Positions 56,040 through 64,000 of a DNA stretch of 64,000 nt are shown here, one piece after another (the stretch's first letter is position 1; every line of letters begins with the position of its first letter). This DNA is from the human T2T-CHM13v2.0 reference genome, Homo sapiens: the NCBI RefSeq assembly GCF_009914755.1, contig NC_060925.1; one strand, 5' to 3'. The translations under genes were made by a program, and so were the position numbers. The notes under the pieces were generated by a model that was not told where the DNA came from, ran no database searches, and saw only the letters and a program-made list of their open reading frames with translations.

Positions 56040-57917
56040 TAGTATCTTCTAAGTAATCTAGATAAGACAGAGCCAATGTGTGTGAAAGGCAAGTGGTAAA
56101 GTGACAGTTGTTTTTGTACCTGTGGTACAGCAAATGCTCTGAATTCTGTGGCTTTCCATCACTGTTTGACGTTGAGGACAGGTGTCCTTCCTTGACTCTA
56201 GCTATGGAGAAAATGTGGCTTGTATACCTGCCATTATCTTCAACTCTAAGCACCACTACTGGAGGCAGTATTGTCAGTATCAGCACCTCACCTCACTCCT
56301 GGGACCCAGGAACACCCCCTGAGTCTTGCTTAGGACCCCAGAGCCTCAGCCAATCAGGCTTTGAACTTCCTTCTAGGCAGTGTGTTGACCTACTCCATTG
56401 AATGGTCTGTTCTCATGCCAGTTGGACAGGGCTCCCTGATGCCTCCACACACTCTGTCTTTGGTCTTCTTGACAGAATGTTGTTGGTGTTCAGCTTTCAG
56501 CTTCTAATAAGGGGTGGTTGAGTTGGAGGGAGAAGAACCACAAAATTCAGTAAGTCCAAGATTTTTGGTTTTAAGCATACCAAATAAGCAGCCACGCGAT
56601 GTTGAGAGCCCTGGCGGGTTAGGGATCTCCATGACCTAGGATACTGCAACTGATAAATCTGCTCCTGATCATTGCTGCCTCCCAAAGATGTGTCTTATCA
56701 GTGAGCCCATTTCCTGCACTACAGAACCAGAGCCACTGGCCAGGAGTCAGCTAATGTTTAGAAAGGATGAAAGTCTGGCTGCTGCATTTCCTGTCTTGTA
56801 GATTGATGACCTTTAGCTGTTTTGTTGATGTCATTGTATATCTGTTTTTTTGGGATGAGTATAACAAGAAAGGAAAATGGTTAATCTAGCAAGAACTCAT
56901 TACACCGTGAATGATGGAGGGTAGGCTCCTGTTTTATTCCGATTTGATTTGTTTGCTTCATTGGGGAAAACAAATGATCATGTCACCCTATAGAGAATTT
57001 CGCTTTCCCTTTGACGTACAAATAAACAGCCTCGCACGTTTCATTTATTTTTGCCGCTGCTGGAATGGTTGATTAAAAAAAAACAAAACAAAACACATTG
57101 TTATGCTGCTTTCCTATGTCCTGACCTTCACCACTGGGTAGAGAAGGAAAACCAGTAAAACATCTCTATTCTTTTAAAAAATGAAGGACCCTTAACTAGA
57201 AATGCCCATTAGAAACCAGAGTCCATTACAGTGAGATGGATGAGCTGATAAACCAAACCAAATTAAACAACAGGGAGGAGGACATGGGTCTTTCTTTTAT
57301 TTCTTATAATATACCTTAGAGATGAGGATTCACCTTTTGTTAATTTGTTAAAACACTAAAGTGTCACCTTCTTTCTTCCTGTCTTCCTCATTCGATGGAC
57401 CACACCTAGTAATGAATACATTTGTTCCTTGCCATTAAAAATGGGTATTCAGCCTAGGGCATACAAAGCATATGTTCGGTATTAGTTGTTAGAGGGTTAA
57501 AGATGCTGGCTAATTTGGGTTTTTCCAAGACAAAAGCCTAACTGGCAACTTTGTGGCCTCTGGTTTCAAGTCTACTTCCTATTTATATCCCATGACACTC
57601 AGGTTCTTGAAACTTGGCAAAAAGCCTCCAGCGTTTTGTGATTTTTTTTCTCATTGGCCAATATCAATTTGTAATGAGCCAAACCTGACTTGAGTAGCAG
57701 ATCTACAGGCCCATATCTTGGAGGTATATAGGTATTTGGCTGTTGAGGGCATAGATTAGGAGGTCTCTTGACATTCTGTTGCTAGGTTACTGAACCCTGA
57801 ATTACTGAACCTTGAACACAGTATTTGTGTTCTCAAATTGGTATTTATGGTCGAAAGCAGCTGCTATTCATATTTTTTTGGGGGGGAATACAGGGAAATA
57901 TAAAATAAATAAAACTA

Positions 57918-58343
<426 letters not shown>

Positions 58344-59389
58344 AGAAGAATTATAGTGTTCATGTGCAGGCAGTTGTTGGTCAAGCCTTTGTAGAGCTGT
58401 GGCATCAGCTCAGCTATGACCTAGACTTGTAATAAAAGTCAACTGATGCAGTTGTGCATGCTGCAGGCCAATCCTCGTGATCTCAGGGTAGGGCTTGGGA
58501 TGTCAGTCTAGGGTATATCTTTTTCTTTCTTTGCCTTTTTACTCCTTTTCTACTAAATTTTCTCTTCTATTCATAATTTTTATCATATGGACAAAAGTTT
58601 CTATTTGAAAACCTTTATTCAGAGAATAATTACTACTTTGTGTAATTATACTCTCAACATTTGACCTTTTTATATAGCCTGTAATAATTATAAATTTTCA
58701 GCTGCACTTTTGGTTAAAGCTTTTATTTTTTTACTAATTTCCGTAGGTTTCTCATCTTACACACTTTTGCTTTCTAACCAACATGTCAGGTGAGAAATGT
58801 TTATTAATCTTCTACTTTGTGCAAAGAATTGGATAGAATCAAAGACATCAAAACCATGACTTGCCTTAAAAATTTATAAATGACAATGCATACAAGTTAA
58901 CAATATAGAACAACAGTGAAGATGTCCCAAGGCTGTGTATAGAATTATTTCCTAAAATAGAGGTAAATGCTAACTTCAAAAGGAAGAGGACTCCCTGTGG
59001 GCCAGGTTGGACTGAGATGGAAAAATAACTGCAGACAATTATGACATGTAGCAACATGGATAGGTGAGGAATGGCTCACATAGACACATATAGATGACGT
59101 TAGAGAAGGGGAAGATCTGAGTGCCTGGAGCAAGATTTCTTAGAGGTGATAAGACTTGTTCTGGACCTTGAAGGTTGGGTAGAATTTGAATAACAGATGG
59201 AGATTAATGGGGAGGGCTTTCTATTTAAGAGGAAGACTAAGCAGAGAACAGGAAAGTACATAGTGGGATTAGTAGCTACAGACTAGACTGGCTGGAGCAA
59301 GATGCCTATAAAAAGCTAGATGGGATTGGAAATATGGATGGAAAGCCTTGAATTCCATGAGAAGGAGTTAAAACTTTCTTTTGGAGGCA

Positions 59390-59660
59390 TTCATTTATTT
59401 TTTATTTATTGAGCACATGTTCTGAGCTAAGCCCTGTTAGTAGCTGGTGATATACCACAGGGGACAAGAAACATATATCTGTGCCTCTCAAGGAGTTTGC
59501 ATTCCTTACTTATGTACCCAGTAGACAGGTAATTAGGAAGTAATAATATCCTGCACTATGATGAGGGCTATGAAGGGATAATTATGGGGTGTGCTGGGAC
59601 TTTTTGGGAAGAACAGCTTACCTAGACCTTAAGTTATTAAGGCAAAGGTGAAGGAGAGCC
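59390..59660 (-). mobile_element. L2 3' fragment
   Basis: 'cattcatttatt..tttattgagcacatgttctgagctaagccctgt...ctctcaaggagttt'. Confidence 0.75.
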
Positions 59661-60144
59661 TTCTAGGCAGGGTGGTGGCACATGCCACCTGTGGCAGGTG
59701 CAGAAGAAAAAGACAGTCCCCTGCTCACCATTTTCAAGAGGATTTGTTGAGTTTCTGCTCTCTGCCTGACAGGGCACCTGGCATAGCAAGAGAGACAAAT
59801 ACAGGAGATGGTTTCTGCCCTCAAAGCGCTTAGTATCTACTTTGAAAGAAATGTTTAAGAAATATGAAATAGTTGACTCTCATAGTAAGAGTTTAGGAAA
59901 GAGAGCAAATTGAAGGAAGACATGGAATGGTGTATAGACTTCCTCCTGGAAAAATATAGCTTAAGCAGAAATGGAGAAGTAGGACTATGAGCAGAATATT
60001 GAGGAAGAGGGGTGGTTTTCGAGACCCACCTGATGTGATGAAGAGGTTGCTTAGCTACCTTGGAGCAGTAGGAAGAGGCAACAGCGGGTCAACAGGGCTG
60101 GGTCCTGGGGGACCCCTAGTAAGTTATCTAAACTCTGCCTCAGT

Positions 60145-60303
60145 TCTCTCTCTTTCTCTCTCCGCCTCTCTCTCTCTCTTTTAAAGAGAGAAGGGATCTT
60201 GCCGTGTTGCCCAGGCTGATCAGGAACTCCTGGCCTCAAGTGACCCTCCTGCTTCAGCCTCCCAAAGTGTTGGGATTACAGGAGTGAGCCACCATGCCCA
60301 GCC
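60145..60303 (-). mobile_element. FLAM with (GA)n tail
   Basis: (CT)n followed by an antisense left Alu arm. Confidence 0.88.
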
Positions 60304-62444
60304 AGTTTTCTAATTTGTAAAATTAGGAACCTTGACCTTAGTCATGTCTAGCTTGAAAATCCAGGTATATCTTAGACTTTACCCTAAAGGCATTAGTTAA
60401 TCATGGAGGATTTGGGACCAGAGGAAGGACCCAACAGAATTTGTGCTTTAGGAATGCTAATTTGTCTTTCTCTTAGAAAATTAATGTGATAATTTATTAG
60501 AAGTAAAATTTTTTACTGAAATGTTTAATCATATTCTGACACACTGAAAAGCCAGTAGGGTCATCCTGATTTCCATTGGACATGACTATGTGAGTTTTTT
60601 TCTCTTTCAAAAAAGCAAAAAACAAATAAAAATCTGGGCATAGAAAAAGCCGATTAATAATAAGTAAGAGATTTTGGGGCTTGGTCCAGAAAATGATCTA
60701 CAAATTTAGATTTTAATTTAGATTCTAAAAATTCTTTTAAATTTTCAGAGAGATCTTGGAATTGGAAAATGCATGTCTTTTGTTTTTATCGGCCTGTTCC
60801 TGGGGTGGTAATGGCAGTGATGTAATAGAGGTGATGGGATATCATCCCAGATTCAAGAAAAATAAGCAGTTTGCCAGCTGTACCTTTGTCGTATGCAGGA
60901 ATGTAACCACCACAGCTGGGCCACCCAATGGAGGGCTCACAGAGACAGACAGCTGGGGCAAAGGGCTCCTTAGAATAGAATGTGATCAGATCCTCAATTT
61001 ACCCTAATACTGTTATACTGTTTTCTGATAAAAGAGTGTGTCATCAAGTCACACCTTTAGTGCTCTATTCAGATAAAAACTTCAAATTTTAATGTCTCAG
61101 ACTGGAAGTAGATGTGATGTGCTGAAGAGTGTTAACACCACGAGGCGCTGGCTGATGCATCTTGACGCTGCACTGCCGTCTCCTGGTGGTCAGCCTCAGG
61201 CATGTTCTTCCTGCCTGTGTTGTCTAGTTCTGAGCTTGTCACTATGGTCTCTTTCTCTAAGTACTTTTTGCTGTAGGAAAGAACACCATGTTCACTAATA
61301 GCGCTACTTCAAATGGAGAACATTGGCTGATTTAAAATAATTATTTTGGAATAGGCTACAATTTCTGGTAAAGGTCATTTGTGAGGTCCTAATAGCTCAT
61401 ATCGTGTAACCGTATGTGTTCTTTAATAGTGTTTCAGCTGAAGAAGGGCATCAAGGTTAAGGAAGAGCATCTTGCCCTCACTTTTATGTTTTGTTATCTC
61501 AAACCCCATGAAACATCCCAGAAATGGTGGTAGGTACGGTCTAAAGACTCTTCAGTCCGGAGTAATGAGCAAACTCGTCAAGGGCAGTAGAATACTGGTA
61601 CATGAGAAGGGAGAGGCCATCACTCAACTGACTTTGCATTGCCCTCCTGGGTCTCTTCTCTCAGTTGCCTGCTTTTTGTTTTCCTTTAGTGGATGATTGC
61701 ACAGAATGTGTTTTTGGCCAAGTGCTACAAAATCAATGAAGTTCCCAAAAGTCTTGTGCATTTCTTGAGAGCAATATGAGAACTGAGGTGCCTTTTTCTT
61801 AAATGTGGTAGGTTAAAGGGGCATTGATTTGTGCTACCTGAAAATAATATTTATAATTTCAATTTGTTTTGCCTTCTAAGGACATCACCCTTAAATAGTT
61901 CTTTGTTATGGTAAACTAATCGAAGATTTAAGTTTAAGCAAAAACTTATACATGCAAACAAAAACCTTGATTTTTTTTTTCAGATGGGCAAGATTAGAGG
62001 TACTAGTAAATATCCCTGGATTCTATTGGAAAGTGAGGAAATGGACATTACAGTCTAGTTGTCTTACTTATTTTGGAATCTCTGGTCCCTAGTGGAATGT
62101 TGAGGACTAAGCAGGTTTCCCAAAAATGATTGTTGAAATAAATAAATAGCACAATTTTGGGGGGCAGATTAGGGCCAGTCATACAAGTGCTAACAGCTTT
62201 CAGAATTCCATTATACTGGTATGAAACTACATATTACTCCTTTTCTGTCTTTTTAGGGAGTATATACTAAACATAATTTAAGATTCTCTATGATGGCCCA
62301 GATAAACATTTTTAAATTTAGTTATTGGTGATGAACTGAAGAAGTCATTGTCCATGCAGGTGACCCAGGACATGGGGCTGAGAGGGGTACTCCCTTCCTT
62401 AAAAGCCGTCTCATCTCTTCATGAAAAGGAGTTTCTAAGAAAAT

Positions 62445-62640
62445 TCATTCATTCATTTATTGCAGACCTACTATGAGCCTGACATTGTGCCGGAGGGAAT
62501 ACAGAAGGGAATGATGAGGAGATGGTCATGGCCTTGGAAACCTGCCTGGTGAAGGAGACAGACATATAAAAGTGTAATAGTTGGAAGATGTGAGCTACAT
62601 GCTCATTGAGGCTATGATGAAGCAGGAGAGAGCTCACTGA
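62445..62640 (-). mobile_element. L2 3' fragment
   Basis: 'attcattcattcatttattgcagacctactatgagcctgacattgtgc'. Confidence 0.8.
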
Positions 62641-62969
62641 CCTTGACTTGTCTTTACATAGTCTTTCCCTTTAGAGCCCTTGGATATGGCACACAGAGGC
62701 TGACCTCCCTGCCCCAGCACAGCAGAAACCCCTGGCACTGCTCAGGGCTGCCTTTGCAGGTGCTGTACAGGGAGCATGTACTTCTGCTGCAGAACTGCTG
62801 TCTCCTGCTTTCTGTCTGCATCCAGTCTGCCTGTTTATGTTTGGTACAATTCCTAAAAACCACCAAGCTGCCAAAATTAACCTCTCATCTGTCTTGACCA
62901 TCTCTTCTTTCTAGTGTCTCTTGTCCCTGCCCCTCTCATCTTAGAGTTCATCACTATTCCATTACATAA

Positions 62970-63135
62970 TAATGATGACAGTGATGGTAATGACAATAGC
63001 TATCTCTTATTGATTGCCTACTACTATGTGCCAGGTGCTGTCCTAAACACTTTCCTCTCAAAATTCATGAGGTCATATATCATTTTATAAATGAGGACCC
63101 AAGGCACTGTGAAGTAAGTAATTTGCCCAGAGACA
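62970..63135 (-). mobile_element. MIR fragment
   Basis: 'ttattgattgcctactactatgtgccaggtgctgtcctaaacacttt...cattttataaatgagga..aagtaatttgccca'. Confidence 0.8.
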
Positions 63136-63220
63136 CAAAACATCTTTCTTTCCATCAGTCACAAAAATCACAAAATACTGGGTATTCTCTGTTGTAGTTT
63201 TCATCTTTAGAGCTTTTATG

Positions 63221-63260
<40 letters not shown>

Positions 63261-63302
63261 AACAGACAGACAAAGAGAGATTGAGAGAGAGAGAAAAAGA
63301 GA
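63221..63302. repeat. Compound (TG)n(AG)n microsatellite
   Basis: About 12 TG units followed by an AG-rich run. Confidence 0.95.
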
Positions 63303-63820
63303 ATGAGACAAAGTCCTTCCCCCCAAAAAGAGGGTTTTATGTTTACTTTTTTTGTTTTCAGGAAACTTCCTAATCTTGAGCTGTTCTAGATAGACCTTGA
63401 CAGTTCCAGAAGGAAGACTTTCGGATAGTCAGGGCTTTCCTCTAGAGATGCTTATTTCCTTGAGCAGCTCTCTGCCTAGCAGGATGGAAGCAGGTTTTCT
63501 GAATCATTGGATCATCTCAGACTCTCTTCAGACCTGAAATAATGTGGCCCGAGGCAGAGCACAAGGAGAGAAGGATCTTAGGTCACAGTTTACATCAGTC
63601 TCTCATGGATAATTTTATTTATTTTATTAAGGAGGGGGAAAAAAGGAGGAAGGTGGTTATTTTGGAAGGGAAGAGGGATATGTATGTAAATTTTAAGGGA
63701 AACAGTTTTTCAATTTGTAGGATTCAGATCTTTTCAAAGTATTATAATACTACATTACATTATTAAAATTATTGACAATCCTAAGAATATTAAATATATT
63801 TTTACTCAAATATCAAATCA

Positions 63821-64000
<180 letters not shown>

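Noticed and set aside
55688-56042. Poly-Glu/Asp and poly-Ser ORFs
   Set aside because: Artefacts of the (CTT)20 repeat and Alu tail.
63340-63500. Strong acceptor tttttttgttttcAG at 63361 as a coding exon
   Set aside because: Stops in all three frames within about 30 nt and no good donor; such acceptors are common in T-rich introns.

Overview
This window is primate, almost certainly human, non-coding euchromatin. It carries AluY/S/J and FLAM SINEs, L1PA LINEs, THE1/MST/ERV1 LTRs, hAT MITEs (MER1A, MER5A, MER33, MER53) and many MIR and L2 relics. I recognise no protein-coding exon. The only ORFs with a recognisable product are broken L1 ORF2 fragments; the rest are Alu, microsatellite or chance ORFs. 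About 16 of 22 Alus lie on the minus strand, and the + strand looks T/G-rich by eye. Both fit the interior of a long intron transcribed on +, but I cannot name the host gene. The best-supported structures are a 5'-inverted (twin-primed) L1PA with TSDs and an internal 55-bp duplication, a MER53 palindrome with a miR-1302-like arm split by an AluY, a (GAA)20(GAC)4 tract grown from an Alu tail, an exact 47-bp tandem duplication, and nested LTRs. Speculative items are two micro-exon candidates, two intronic terminal-exon/poly(A) candidates, and several CpG-retaining enhancer or CTCF candidates. I found no evidence for a previously undescribed biological system. Repeat subfamily names come from remembered consensus sequences, and MIR/L2 boundaries are approximate.
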